Below, piece by piece: positions 1-9,546 of a stretch of 64,000 bases of DNA. The stretch is from contig CALXMR010000002.1 of NCBI GenBank assembly GCA_944389525.1, forward strand, positions 55,259-119,258. Reading direction: 5' to 3'. The stretch's first letter is position 1. Each line of letters begins with the position of its first letter. The notes beneath the pieces are model-generated. The model did no database searches. It had not been told where the DNA came from and worked only from the letters and a program-made list of their open reading frames with translations. The stretch is from an uncultured Alphaproteobacteria bacterium. GTDB taxonomy: Bacteria > Pseudomonadota > Alphaproteobacteria > Rs-D84. The translations under genes were made by a program, and so were the position numbers.

Positions 1-51
1 ATCGGATACTGATGTTCTGCGAATTTCTAAAATAATAAGAGGGCGTTAATC

Positions 52-1047
52 TTGGTCCCAAAAGTTACGGTTTTATGTATGGCATACAATCAGGAACAGT
101 TCATTCGTAACACCCTGGATGGGTTTGTGATGCAAAAAACAAATTTCCCGTTCGAGGTTTTGGTACATGACGATGCTTCGACAGATAAAACGCCAGAAAT
201 TATCCGTGAATATGCAGAAAAATACCCTGGTATTATTATACCCATACTTTCAACAGAAAATCATTTCCGCGCAGGAAGAAATATTTTAATTGAAGAATTT
301 TATCCGCGAATTCGTGGCAAGTATGTTGCAAATTGCGATGGTGATGATTGGTGGACAGACGAAACAAAATTGCAACGGCAGGTTGATTTTTTAGACACAA
401 ATCCTGGGTTTTCAATTTGCAGTACCTGTGCCAAAGTTGTGTGGGCAGACGAAAGTAGGAAAGCATACATTTGGCCCGATAAAAGAATTTTGAAACGGCG
501 TTCCGTTCAGACAATTGCAGATATGCTGGAACAAAACGATATAATTAACAGTTCTGTGATGTACCGCTGGAACTTTGAACCACAAAATTGGCCAACAGCC
601 AACTTTATCCCAGGTGATTGGTTTTTACATTTATTACATGCCCGGCACGGAAAATTGAAAATATTATCCGCCCCCATGGTTAATTATACCAGGTGGAATG
701 GCGGTATATGGCAAGACGGTAGAAATCCTAAATTTCTTATCAATAATGCCAAAGAATTAATTCGTTTTTATGAATGTATAGAATCTGAGTTTGGTGTCGA
801 TAAATCTAAAGATGTGGGCAAAGTTGCCGCATCAATTATCTCTGCGTGTGTATCAGAAAATCGCAATGATGTACTTAATAACTTGACGGAATCGTTCCCC
901 GATTTAATTAAGTTCATCAGCAAACTTGCATTATCCCAGCACAAAGAAATAGAGTGTTTAAACACAAAATTAAAACATCGTAAACAGCTTTGGTACTACA
1001 TCGGTCCAGTTATATTAACAACAATGATCATTCTTGGACTATTATAA
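52..1047 (+). CDS. Family-2 glycosyltransferase (GT-A fold)
   Basis: 331-aa ORF with a TTG start 6 nt after AAGAGGG. The N-terminus VTVLCMAYNQEQFIRNTLDGFVMQ...VLVHDDASTD is the typical GT2 nucleotide-sugar binding region. A hydrophobic helix sits at the C-terminus. Confidence 0.8.
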   Translation: MVPKVTVLCMAYNQEQFIRNTLDGFVMQKTNFPFEVLVHDDASTDKTPEIIREYAEKYPGIIIPILSTENHFRAGRNILIEEFYPRIRGKYVANCDGDDWWTDETKLQRQVDFLDTNPGFSICSTCAKVVWADESRKAYIWPDKRILKRRSVQTIADMLEQNDIINSSVMYRWNFEPQNWPTANFIPGDWFLHLLHARHGKLKILSAPMVNYTRWNGGIWQDGRNPKFLINNAKELIRFYECIESEFGVDKSKDVGKVAASIISACVSENRNDVLNNLTESFPDLIKFISKLALSQHKEIECLNTKLKHRKQLWYYIGPVILTTMIILGLL

Positions 1048-1061
1048 AAGAGAAAAAAACA

Positions 1062-1778
1062 ATGAAAATCGGAATCATGCAACCTTATTTTTTTCCATAT
1101 TTAGGGTATTGGCAAACTCTAAATGCTGTTGATAAATATGTAATTTATGATGATGTTAATTATATCAAAAACGGTTGGATAAACCGCAACAATATTCTAT
1201 TAAACGGACAAAAGCATCTGATTACATTGCCGTTAGATGGGGCATCCCCATTTTTGCCAATCAACCAAATAAAAATTACATCGAAGATCAAAGAAAAAGA
1301 AAAAATTTTAAAAACATTGGAAATGGCATACAAAAAAGCACCACATTTCAATTCGGTATTCCCCATTGTCAAAGATGTTATAATGGACCCCAGTTGTTTG
1401 ATATCTAATGCGCTGATAAAACAATTTCGAAATGTATGTGAGTATTTAGATATAAAAACTGAATTGATAATATCGTCTAAACTAGTGAAAGATAATTCAT
1501 TAAAAGCCCAAGACAAAGTGATACATATATGTAAACTTCTTGGGGGGACAGACTATATAAACGCCATCGGTGGACAGGAATTATATTCCTTTGAAGATTT
1601 TGCCAAGAATGGTATAAATCTTCATTTTATGAAAACAATATTTACGCCATACAAGCAGTTTAAAAACGAATTTATACAGGGGTTGTCTATGATAGATATT
1701 TTGATGTTTAACAGCCCAGAACAAATTCGCCATATGTTGAATCAATATCAACTTATCAGCAACACAAAGGAACGATAA
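1062..1778 (+). CDS. WbqC-family protein (polysaccharide biosynthesis, function unknown)
   Basis: An internal ATG gives MKIGIMQPYFFPYLGYWQ..., the characteristic WbqC-like N-terminus. The 990 start would overlap the upstream gene by 58 nt and was not used. Confidence 0.7.
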   Translation: MKIGIMQPYFFPYLGYWQTLNAVDKYVIYDDVNYIKNGWINRNNILLNGQKHLITLPLDGASPFLPINQIKITSKIKEKEKILKTLEMAYKKAPHFNSVFPIVKDVIMDPSCLISNALIKQFRNVCEYLDIKTELIISSKLVKDNSLKAQDKVIHICKLLGGTDYINAIGGQELYSFEDFAKNGINLHFMKTIFTPYKQFKNEFIQGLSMIDILMFNSPEQIRHMLNQYQLISNTKER

Positions 1779-2713
1779 TGAATGCTATTGGCGGTTATTT
1801 TGGACTAGATAAAACACATGGATGTTTCGCAATTGATGGCGTGGCGGTAAATAGTGCACGTAATGCTTTGCGGTACATTATTCGTGCGTATAGCATCAAA
1901 GCGATGTGGGTGCCTTATTATACATGTCCAGTTGTATGGGATGCTTTGCGATCTGAAAATATAGATATGCATTTTTATAGCATAAATGAAAACTTGTTTC
2001 CTATTATACCAAGTGCTTCAAAAAATGCATTTGTGTTGGCGAATAATTATTTTGGTATATGTGGTAATAATGTTCAAAAATTGTCACACATATACCCAAA
2101 TTTAATTGTAGATAATGCACAGGCATTTTATGCGCCGCGTGTAAGTTTTGCGGATTTTTCCAGTCCACGCAAATTCTTTGGGTTGCCGGACGGTGGAATT
2201 GCTAGATGTGACGCCATAGTCTCTGAAAATTTGCAGATCAGTGTGTCGTGGGACAGATGTTTGCATTTATTAAAACGTGCTGATTGTGGTGCAACTGCAG
2301 GATATTCTGATTTTGTCGACAATGATGAAGCGTTGATTGGTAGACCTGTTGAATATATGTCAAATTTAACCAAACAAATGCTGGGAAATATTGATTATTA
2401 TGGTGCTCGTAAAATCAGATTACAAAACTTTGAGTATTTGCATAAACATCTTGGCAATATAAACCTTTTGCAAATTGATATGGCAGATACAGATGTTCCG
2501 ATGGTGTATCCTTTTATGACGAATGATTCTGGTATACGCCAGCGTTTGATTCAGAATAAGATATTTGTTGCAAAATATTGGCCAGGTATAGAACAAGAAT
2601 GTTGTCAGGATTCGTTTGAATTAAAGCTACAAAATACATTAATACCTTTGCCAATAGATCAACGATATGACATACATGATATGCAACGAATATTGGAGGT
2701 TATAAATGATTAA
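1778..2713 (+). CDS. DegT/WecE-like PLP-dependent sugar aminotransferase (short form)
   Basis: 311 aa with ATGA overlap to the upstream stop. Layout is NSARNAL...VPYYTCPVV...VDNAQAF...SSPRKFFGLPDGG, with a candidate PLP lysine in SxxK. It lies next to the WbqC gene, as is common in O-antigen loci. Confidence 0.55.
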   Translation: MNAIGGYFGLDKTHGCFAIDGVAVNSARNALRYIIRAYSIKAMWVPYYTCPVVWDALRSENIDMHFYSINENLFPIIPSASKNAFVLANNYFGICGNNVQKLSHIYPNLIVDNAQAFYAPRVSFADFSSPRKFFGLPDGGIARCDAIVSENLQISVSWDRCLHLLKRADCGATAGYSDFVDNDEALIGRPVEYMSNLTKQMLGNIDYYGARKIRLQNFEYLHKHLGNINLLQIDMADTDVPMVYPFMTNDSGIRQRLIQNKIFVAKYWPGIEQECCQDSFELKLQNTLIPLPIDQRYDIHDMQRILEVIND

Positions 2714-3479
2714 ACGTATATTAAAAAATTTGCTTAAATCAACGAATGAGACAGCCGTTATCCCTGAACCAATTATCGAACAAGAAATAAAACTACAACA
2801 GGTTTTTATCACGGATAATGGTATAAACAATATTGTTCAGGTTGCAGAAAACATAACTCCAACAGGTCAGGTAAAGATAGAAATAAAGGGTAATAATAAT
2901 AGAATTATTATTCGTGATTTAAGTAAAATGTGTGGCCAATTTAATATAAGTCTTAATGGTAATAATTGTGTTTTTGAATCTGGAAATGATTTATATATTG
3001 CGTCCAGTTTGGTGATTGTACTGGGACAGGATCATCAAAATTTTGGATTGATTGACAACACAAAATGTACATTGGGAAATAATATTTGTATTGAGGGCAT
3101 GTCAATTGTCACATTTCATAGCAATGCTTATATTGAACTTGGCAACAATTTGATGGTGTCTGATAATGTTGTTTTATATCATACAGATGGTCATCCGATA
3201 TATGATAATATAACCGGCAAAATAATAAATCCTGTACATCGTATGGTTGTTGGGGACGATTGTTGGTTGGGGGCAAAATGCACGATATTAAAAAATGTTA
3301 TTTTACCACCAGGAACAATTGTCGGGTATAACGCAGTTGTTTCAAAATCTTTTACTGATCCAAACGGAAAAACTTTTGTTTTAGCAGGTAATCCTGCAAA
3401 GATTGTACGCCGAGATGTTTTTTATAAACAAAGCGACATAGAATATATAAAAAACCAAATTTTTAACAAGGTGAACTAA
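2706..3479 (+). CDS. Left-handed beta-helix (hexapeptide-repeat) acyl/acetyltransferase
   Basis: 257 aa. The C-terminal half VVGDDCWLGAKCTILKNVILPPGTIVGYNAVVSKSF shows hexapeptide periodicity. The ORF overlaps the upstream stop by 8 nt, consistent with operon organisation. Confidence 0.7.
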   Translation: MIKRILKNLLKSTNETAVIPEPIIEQEIKLQQVFITDNGINNIVQVAENITPTGQVKIEIKGNNNRIIIRDLSKMCGQFNISLNGNNCVFESGNDLYIASSLVIVLGQDHQNFGLIDNTKCTLGNNICIEGMSIVTFHSNAYIELGNNLMVSDNVVLYHTDGHPIYDNITGKIINPVHRMVVGDDCWLGAKCTILKNVILPPGTIVGYNAVVSKSFTDPNGKTFVLAGNPAKIVRRDVFYKQSDIEYIKNQIFNKVN

Positions 3480-4745
3480 ATGATTAACGTACTTATCTTT
3501 CCCGCTGGTGAAATAAATTCTATTGAGTTACATGATGCGCTTGCAACTTGTGTAAATATTCATGTGGTTGGTGCTTCTTCTATTGACCGCCATGGACCCT
3601 ATGTGTTTGAAGACTATGTATCTGGGTTACCAATGATAACTTCCCCCGATTTTTTTGATGCGTTTAATAAATTGCTGGTAGATAAAAATATTGATGTAAT
3701 ATTTCCAACGCATGACACTGTTGCAAAATTCTTGGCAGATAACACAGACAAATTTAATGCAAAATTGGTTTGTGCCAACCGCGAAACATCCGATATTTGT
3801 CGTGATAAAGAAAAAATATATGCCGCACTGGCTGGTAACGATTTTGTTCCAAAAACATACGATAACATTGAAACATATCCTGTTTTTGTAAAACCCAAAG
3901 TAGGCCAAGGGGCAGTTGGGGCAAAATTGATAAAATCGCCATGTGATATTCCAAATGTAGACTGGAACGATTATGTGATTTGTGAGTATTTGCCTGGTCC
4001 TGAATATACGGTTGACTGTTTGACAGATAAAAATGGTGATTTGCGTGTTGTTTCTCCACGATCGCGCACACGTTTAATGGCGGGCATCTCTATGTCAGGT
4101 CAGACCGAGCCTTTGACCCCAGAAATTCAACAAATTGCCGAAACGATTAATAAACGGATGACTTTTTTAGGGTTATGGTGGTTCCAAATAAAGCAAGATG
4201 TGGCCGGTAAATGGAAATTATTAGAAATATCCACACGTGGTGCTGGTACGATGGCGTTGACCCGTGTTCGCGGAATAAACTTGCCATTGCTAAGTGTTTA
4301 TACTGCAATGGGGCACGATATAGATGTGCAGCCCAATAATTATATCGTAACAATGGACAGCAGTTTAATTCGGCGGTATAAAATAAATTATGACTATGAT
4401 ACGGTTTATTTTGATTTTGATGATACTTTGATTGTTCGGGGTAAAGTAAATTTGAAAGCAATTTGGTTTTTGTATCAATGTCACAATATGAATAAACGGG
4501 TAATATTGCTGACGAAACATGAAAATGAAATTTTTGAATCTATGGCAAAATATCATATTGATCGTGGTTTGTTTGACGCGGTGGTGAATATAAAACCTGA
4601 TGATAATAAAGCAAATTATATCAAACCCGAACGTGCGATTTTTGTGGATAATGCATATGCTGAACGCAATGCTGTGCGGTCAAAGCACAACATACCCGTT
4701 TTTGATGTTGATGGCATAGATGTTCTAATGGATTGGAGGTTTTAA
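3480..4745 (+). CDS. ATP-grasp ligase fused to a HAD-like phosphatase domain
   Basis: 421 aa. The N-terminal ~300 aa have an ATP-grasp layout (VFVKPKVGQGAVG, EYLPGPEYTVD, WWFQIK...LLEISTR). The C-terminal ~110 aa start with the HAD motif I FDFDDTLI. Confidence 0.65.
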   Translation: MINVLIFPAGEINSIELHDALATCVNIHVVGASSIDRHGPYVFEDYVSGLPMITSPDFFDAFNKLLVDKNIDVIFPTHDTVAKFLADNTDKFNAKLVCANRETSDICRDKEKIYAALAGNDFVPKTYDNIETYPVFVKPKVGQGAVGAKLIKSPCDIPNVDWNDYVICEYLPGPEYTVDCLTDKNGDLRVVSPRSRTRLMAGISMSGQTEPLTPEIQQIAETINKRMTFLGLWWFQIKQDVAGKWKLLEISTRGAGTMALTRVRGINLPLLSVYTAMGHDIDVQPNNYIVTMDSSLIRRYKINYDYDTVYFDFDDTLIVRGKVNLKAIWFLYQCHNMNKRVILLTKHENEIFESMAKYHIDRGLFDAVVNIKPDDNKANYIKPERAIFVDNAYAERNAVRSKHNIPVFDVDGIDVLMDWRF

Positions 4746-7142
4746 ATGAAAATAGCTCTTACATCTGTTTCTGATATAAAAAACTATGGGGATTTGTTAT
4801 TTCCTTTTATTGCCCGCCAGGAAATTCAGAAGCGTATTCCTGGTGCCAAATTTTGTTTCTTTACACCAACATCAGATGTCATAGAAGAACAAGAGTTTAT
4901 AGAATATTCACGAAAAAATATAGAAGAGTATGCCCCTGATGTGATTTTAACTATTGGTGGTGAAGTAATACACAAATATGATGATTTAGTATGGCAAGAT
5001 ATGTATCATGGCAAGGTGGCTAAGCCATCAAATGTGATTTTTGACTGGTTGGACTATCCTGCAAAATATAAAGCATGGTTTTCGGTTGGTGTCCTAGATC
5101 TGGGGGACCCCAAAATACCTGTATCAGATGAAGAGATTCGAAAATTGAACTATATCGGTGTACGTGGCGTGCTAAGTAAAAAAATAATGGAACACGGATT
5201 ATTTTTGAACACAAATCCGTCAATAAACATCGTGCCAGATATCGGGTGGATATTCCCCAGATATTTCAAGGATTATAAACGCACACTGAAACATATTGCA
5301 AAATCACAACATGTTGATTTAAAACCAAATAATTATTTTGTTTTTAATATCAATTGGACTTCGATTCCAGAACAAAAAATATTGGAAATTTTAAACATAC
5401 TGGCGGATTTTCAAAAACAAACGCATTTAAAATTGGTTATATTGGACGTTATTTCATCATATAAAAGATTATCAGTGAATATACCACAGTATTTTAAAGA
5501 CAACAAAGAAGTGATATGTCTTGCGGGTTTAAAGTTAAAGGAAACGGGGGCGTTATTGATGGGCAATCGTTTCTTTATCGGGTCATCATTACACTGCGCT
5601 ATTACTACATTGGCCAATGGGAAACCTGCGGCAGTAATACACAGGACCAAATTAACTAAATTGCAAGATTTGTTTGGCCACATGATGATGACGGATTTTG
5701 TTTCATATGATTGGGATGATCTGTCCGAATTATTACAGAAATTATATGATTTCAAGTCAACGGCAGTTCTGAAAAAGTACGTTGCTTTTATGCAGGCCTG
5801 TTTTGATAACAAGTTAGATGAATTGGTGCAAAAAATTATATCGGTTTGTAATATAAATAAACCAAAAATTATTTCATCTGTATGGAATTATATATACAAG
5901 CGTCCCCTGAAACATATTCGCAGGTTTTTGGCAAAAATTTCATTTATCCCAACCAAGGCAAAATTATTAGTTGTCGACAATTTCGAACCAAGTTTTTTGC
6001 AGACAGGGTTCCGGGTAAAAGAATTTATATGGTTGTTAAAAAATGCACCAGATTGCAAATTGTTAACATTTTCTTCTGATATAATGGTATATAATGACTG
6101 GATGAAAAGGCAAAAAACCAAGCAAATTATCTGGTCAACGCCCCAACCATCCAAGATTTATAAAAAACATGTGATGCAATATGCAAAAAAGTTTAATGTG
6201 GATAAAAAACGCTTTTTGTTTCTGCGATGTAAAAAATATAAGGCAGATGGCGCATATTTGATGTTCCTATATAATGCATATTTATCAAAGAATTTTTTAG
6301 AAAAAAATAAAATTCCTTTTGTTTTTACCTTGTTCCCGGGCGGCGGTTTAAGATTAGATCATGAATTTTCTGATTTTATGCTGCAAAGCGTGTTTTCATC
6401 GCCCATGTTTCGTGGCGTTTTTGTCCCACAGAAGGTAATATATGACTATTTGATTCAAAAGAACTTGTGCCCAAAGGATAAAATTTATTTTAGTTACGGT
6501 GGCGGTTTCTTTCAATTTACAAAAACAGACGTTCTGCCAAAACAATGGTACAAAAAAGACAAATCGACATTTGATATATCTTTTGTCGCCTATAAATATA
6601 TGAACCAAGGGTTGGATAAAGGTTTTGATTTGGTCATTCATGCTGCAAAAGAACTGGTAAAGAAATATCCATTTGTACATTTTCATTGTGTTGGCACTAA
6701 TACACTGGACGATTTTGACGAAGATTTTTCTGATATCGCAGATAATTTGCATTTTTATGGCTCTCGAACTTCTGATTTCTTTCCTTCGTTTTATGCCAAA
6801 ATGGATATGGCTTTATCACCTAATCGTCCAAATATGCTGGACAAAGGTTCGTTTGACGGCTTTCCCTTGTCAGTAGAAGCAATGTGGTTTGGGGTTCCAT
6901 TGTTTTGTACAGATGAATTGAAATTAAATCATAATTATGATGCGGGCAAAGATCTGGTAATTATACATCCTGATTTACAAGATATCACGGAAAAGATAGA
7001 AACGTTTATTAAAAAACCAGATTTGTTACAGCAGATAGGAACAAGAGGACAGCAAACAGTTCAGCACTATTTTGATATAAACAAGCAACAATCTGATAGA
7101 GCAAAATTTATAAACAAATATTTAAATATTAAAATAGACTAA
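4746..7142 (+). CDS. Polysaccharide pyruvyl-transferase domain fused to a GT-B (GT4-type) glycosyltransferase
   Basis: 798 aa. The N-terminal IKNYGDLLFPFIARQEI...SSLHCAI resembles the PS_pyruv_trans family. The C-terminal VHFHCVGT...LHFYGS...ALSPNRP...DGFPLSVEAMWFGVPLFCTDE resembles group-1 glycosyltransferases. Confidence 0.6.
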   Translation: MKIALTSVSDIKNYGDLLFPFIARQEIQKRIPGAKFCFFTPTSDVIEEQEFIEYSRKNIEEYAPDVILTIGGEVIHKYDDLVWQDMYHGKVAKPSNVIFDWLDYPAKYKAWFSVGVLDLGDPKIPVSDEEIRKLNYIGVRGVLSKKIMEHGLFLNTNPSINIVPDIGWIFPRYFKDYKRTLKHIAKSQHVDLKPNNYFVFNINWTSIPEQKILEILNILADFQKQTHLKLVILDVISSYKRLSVNIPQYFKDNKEVICLAGLKLKETGALLMGNRFFIGSSLHCAITTLANGKPAAVIHRTKLTKLQDLFGHMMMTDFVSYDWDDLSELLQKLYDFKSTAVLKKYVAFMQACFDNKLDELVQKIISVCNINKPKIISSVWNYIYKRPLKHIRRFLAKISFIPTKAKLLVVDNFEPSFLQTGFRVKEFIWLLKNAPDCKLLTFSSDIMVYNDWMKRQKTKQIIWSTPQPSKIYKKHVMQYAKKFNVDKKRFLFLRCKKYKADGAYLMFLYNAYLSKNFLEKNKIPFVFTLFPGGGLRLDHEFSDFMLQSVFSSPMFRGVFVPQKVIYDYLIQKNLCPKDKIYFSYGGGFFQFTKTDVLPKQWYKKDKSTFDISFVAYKYMNQGLDKGFDLVIHAAKELVKKYPFVHFHCVGTNTLDDFDEDFSDIADNLHFYGSRTSDFFPSFYAKMDMALSPNRPNMLDKGSFDGFPLSVEAMWFGVPLFCTDELKLNHNYDAGKDLVIIHPDLQDITEKIETFIKKPDLLQQIGTRGQQTVQHYFDINKQQSDRAKFINKYLNIKID

Positions 7143-7150
7143 AATTAAAT

Positions 7151-7179
7151 ATCGGTGTAATACAATATATTACACCGAT
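7151..7179. terminator. Hairpin between convergent genes (bidirectional terminator candidate)
   Basis: Perfect 12-bp stem atcggtgtaata/tattacaccgat with a 5-nt loop. It lies between the stops at 7142 (+) and 7188 (-). Confidence 0.5.
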
Positions 7180-7187
7180 GATATCCA

Positions 7188-7487
7188 TCAATTTTTGGGA
7201 TACAATTTTTTTATCGAATCTATTTTTTCTGTCCATAAATGTGTCTTGTTCTTTATGTCCCAGTAAATCATATCAAGTTGTTCTGCTAATCTCGGATATG
7301 CACATTGGCGTTTTTCCACATAGTTGGCAATATCTGGCTTGCCCAATATGATTTTGTTCGATTCTATGTATGCACCACAGCCTGCGGCTATCCATTCTGA
7401 TTCTGATACAATCATATCGTATTGCGTGGGCTTCTCAAAAAAAGCTTCAACGTGATTGTTTTGTTTAACCAAATAAATTTTTTTCAT
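7188..7487 (-). CDS. Hypothetical protein, possible tail-fibre accessory (XkdW-like C-terminus)
   Basis: 99 aa, immediately downstream of the fibre-like gene. The C-terminal AYPRLAEQLDMIYWD...W...IDSIKKLYPK resembles, from memory, the YP..QLD...W...IK..YPK motif of small phage tail accessory proteins. Confidence 0.35.
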   Translation of the reverse strand: MKKIYLVKQNNHVEAFFEKPTQYDMIVSESEWIAAGCGAYIESNKIILGKPDIANYVEKRQCAYPRLAEQLDMIYWDIKNKTHLWTEKIDSIKKLYPKN

Positions 7488-7497
7488 ATAAACTCCT

Positions 7498-7983
7498 TTA
7501 CAATGGTATAAGACAACAATTTTGAACAGTTGTATTTCTGGGATCTAATTTAAACGATTGGCCCTTTTTTACCATAAACGCCTGATTAAAACCTCTTTCT
7601 GCCGTATTGATTTGGCTTATCATCTTTACATTATCAGATTCTGTGCCGATATATGTTACCAGCCAACTGACCTCATTTGATGTCAAAGCCGTTATATATA
7701 ACAGTCCTGTTTCTGGAATTGCTATCCATACGCCAGCCGTAGTCGACAGATTAATTTTGCTTGCGTCTGAATATGAAGACAGACATTTGTTTTGGATAAA
7801 ACTTTGTCCTGTTTCGCCGATGTTTGAAAAGTCCGCACATGCCAATGCCGTACCACCAGCAGTTTCGCCATCGTGTACGCGCAATGTGTTGTTTGTTGTA
7901 TCCATTGTCACTTCCCCGATTGCCCCGATAAAACTATTATGCTCTGCCGCAGTGCCCCTGCGAATTTGTATTTGTCTTGCCAT
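7498..7983 (-). CDS. Phage tail-fibre-like protein with Mtd/hyaluronidase-type N-terminal domain
   Basis: 161 aa. The N-terminus MARQIQIRRGTAAEHNSFIGAIGEVTMDTTNNTLRVHDGETAGGTALA is the conserved fibre N-terminal motif (IQ.RRGT......L..GE...DTD....R.GDG.T.GG). Confidence 0.65.
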   Translation of the reverse strand: MARQIQIRRGTAAEHNSFIGAIGEVTMDTTNNTLRVHDGETAGGTALACADFSNIGETGQSFIQNKCLSSYSDASKINLSTTAGVWIAIPETGLLYITALTSNEVSWLVTYIGTESDNVKMISQINTAERGFNQAFMVKKGQSFKLDPRNTTVQNCCLIPL

Positions 7984-8075
7984 TTTCTATCCATTGGTTG
8001 TATATCTAAATGTTTATTAAACTTGATATACCTGTGTGTTTTGAGCCACGGTTTCAATCAACAAGTTCATGATAC

Positions 8076-8100
8076 AAAAAAGGCCCCCATTGGGCCAAAA
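8076..8100 (-). terminator. Rho-independent terminator candidate downstream of the HNH gene
   Basis: On the minus strand it reads ttttt-ggccc-aatgg-gggcc-tttttt. A/T runs lie on both sides. Confidence 0.45.
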
Positions 8101-8259
8101 ATGAATCAACGACTGACATCTGCCAGTCGTTTCTAAGTCAAACCTTGGCCAGGATTATATCAAAAATATGCATAAAAATCAATAAATTTATTAACGGTAC
8201 AATATTTATCGGCCTAAATACAACGCTGCCCGACATATTCATTTTCCATGTACAAAAAA

Positions 8260-8571
8260 CTAGCGCATATATTTTAATGCGGCCAGGATAATCATTTTAT
8301 CTTTGCGTTTTATATGCCAATTTTCCAGTGCGTTTTGATACAGTTCTTTCTTTTTTTGTTCAAAATCGTTTGGCATCATATCGTTTTTAATAGAATTACA
8401 AATTGCGTGTGCCGGCAACAGATTTTCTGCATCATCGGTACCGCCGTGACTCCGCGGGATATAGTGATCCAGTGACATTTTCTGGTTATTTAAAATTGGT
8501 TGTCCACAGATATGACAAATTGGTTGGATTGATAATTCGATTTTCAGATTTATTATAATTTTATGCGACAT
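8260..8571 (-). CDS. Stand-alone HNH endonuclease
   Basis: 103 aa with HICGQP...SLDHYIPRSHGGTDDAENLLPAHAICNSIKND, the HNH/His-Me finger core. Confidence 0.8.
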   Translation of the reverse strand: MSHKIIINLKIELSIQPICHICGQPILNNQKMSLDHYIPRSHGGTDDAENLLPAHAICNSIKNDMMPNDFEQKKKELYQNALENWHIKRKDKMIILAALKYMR

Positions 8572-8650
8572 ATGCTTTTTACTTTTTGGGTACAGATTAT
8601 TTTAAATATAAATACACCGCCCACATGGGGCGGTGCTGTTACGCGGCGGT

Positions 8651-9451
8651 TCAGAATGAATAGCGCGCGCCAATTTTAATTTCGTGTGCATATACGAATT
8701 CATCGGCAACATTGGACGAATTAAACCGATAACCGATATCCAACGCCCAGTTTTCGTTAAAGTTATATGCCGCACCCAGACCAACCTGCCATTCAAAGCG
8801 ATACAGTGTATCATCTGCAACGGTCTGTTCACCATTCATACGCTGCAAGATAGCTGCGAGTCCTGCCATTGATTCTGGTGGCAACACAGCTGCTTGGTTT
8901 AACTCTATATCAATATCAACAGTTGCCTTTTGTCTGTATACACCGAATCCGACACTGGCACCAATGTACGGTGTCCAATTAGAATCAGACAATTCGAAAT
9001 CATACCAAACATTGGCCAGGTATGAATTATGGCGAACCTTGGTCGATGTTTCGATTTCTGTCGGTATCAGTTCAACCCCAGGTATTGACGGCACACCGAA
9101 CAGCGGTGCTATATCGCCATCGAATATATCATAATCATCTTCGGATGCGCTGCGCAGGGCGACTTCTAATTCGGCACGAACATTATCAATTTTAACACCT
9201 GCGGTGATTTCGCCGGCAAACGCCATGTCAAAGTCCATATCATCGCCACCATTTGGGATGAATGCATCACCAATCGTTGCCAGATTTTCTGGGTTAATTT
9301 TTGTTGCATCAAATTTTACGCGTTTGGCGGATGTTCCAGCCTTGTCCGCAACGATGCCCAGTCCAACATATGGGGTTATTTCGACCGCGAATGCCGATGG
9401 TGCAAACATCATTGCCGCGATAACCATTGCTATTTTTTTTGTTTTTGTCAT
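8651..9451 (-). CDS. Outer-membrane beta-barrel protein (Omp25/Omp31-type porin family)
   Basis: 266 aa. It has a signal peptide ending SAFA-VE, alternating amphipathic strands, and a C-terminal GARYSF ending in an aromatic residue. Confidence 0.75.
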   Translation of the reverse strand: MTKTKKIAMVIAAMMFAPSAFAVEITPYVGLGIVADKAGTSAKRVKFDATKINPENLATIGDAFIPNGGDDMDFDMAFAGEITAGVKIDNVRAELEVALRSASEDDYDIFDGDIAPLFGVPSIPGVELIPTEIETSTKVRHNSYLANVWYDFELSDSNWTPYIGASVGFGVYRQKATVDIDIELNQAAVLPPESMAGLAAILQRMNGEQTVADDTLYRFEWQVGLGAAYNFNENWALDIGYRFNSSNVADEFVYAHEIKIGARYSF

Positions 9452-9546
9452 TGGTTCTCCCTTTTGAATTTATATCAGGTTTAAATACCTATAAAAACTA
9501 TCCCATATGAAAAATTAAGTCAATAAAAAAACACCAGATTCTATAA

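Noticed and set aside
7188-8571. A diversity-generating retroelement, suggested by the Mtd-type N-terminal domain.
   Set aside because: There is no reverse transcriptase ORF anywhere in the window. I found no template/variable repeat pair matching the 3' end of the fibre gene in the flanking 1 kb.
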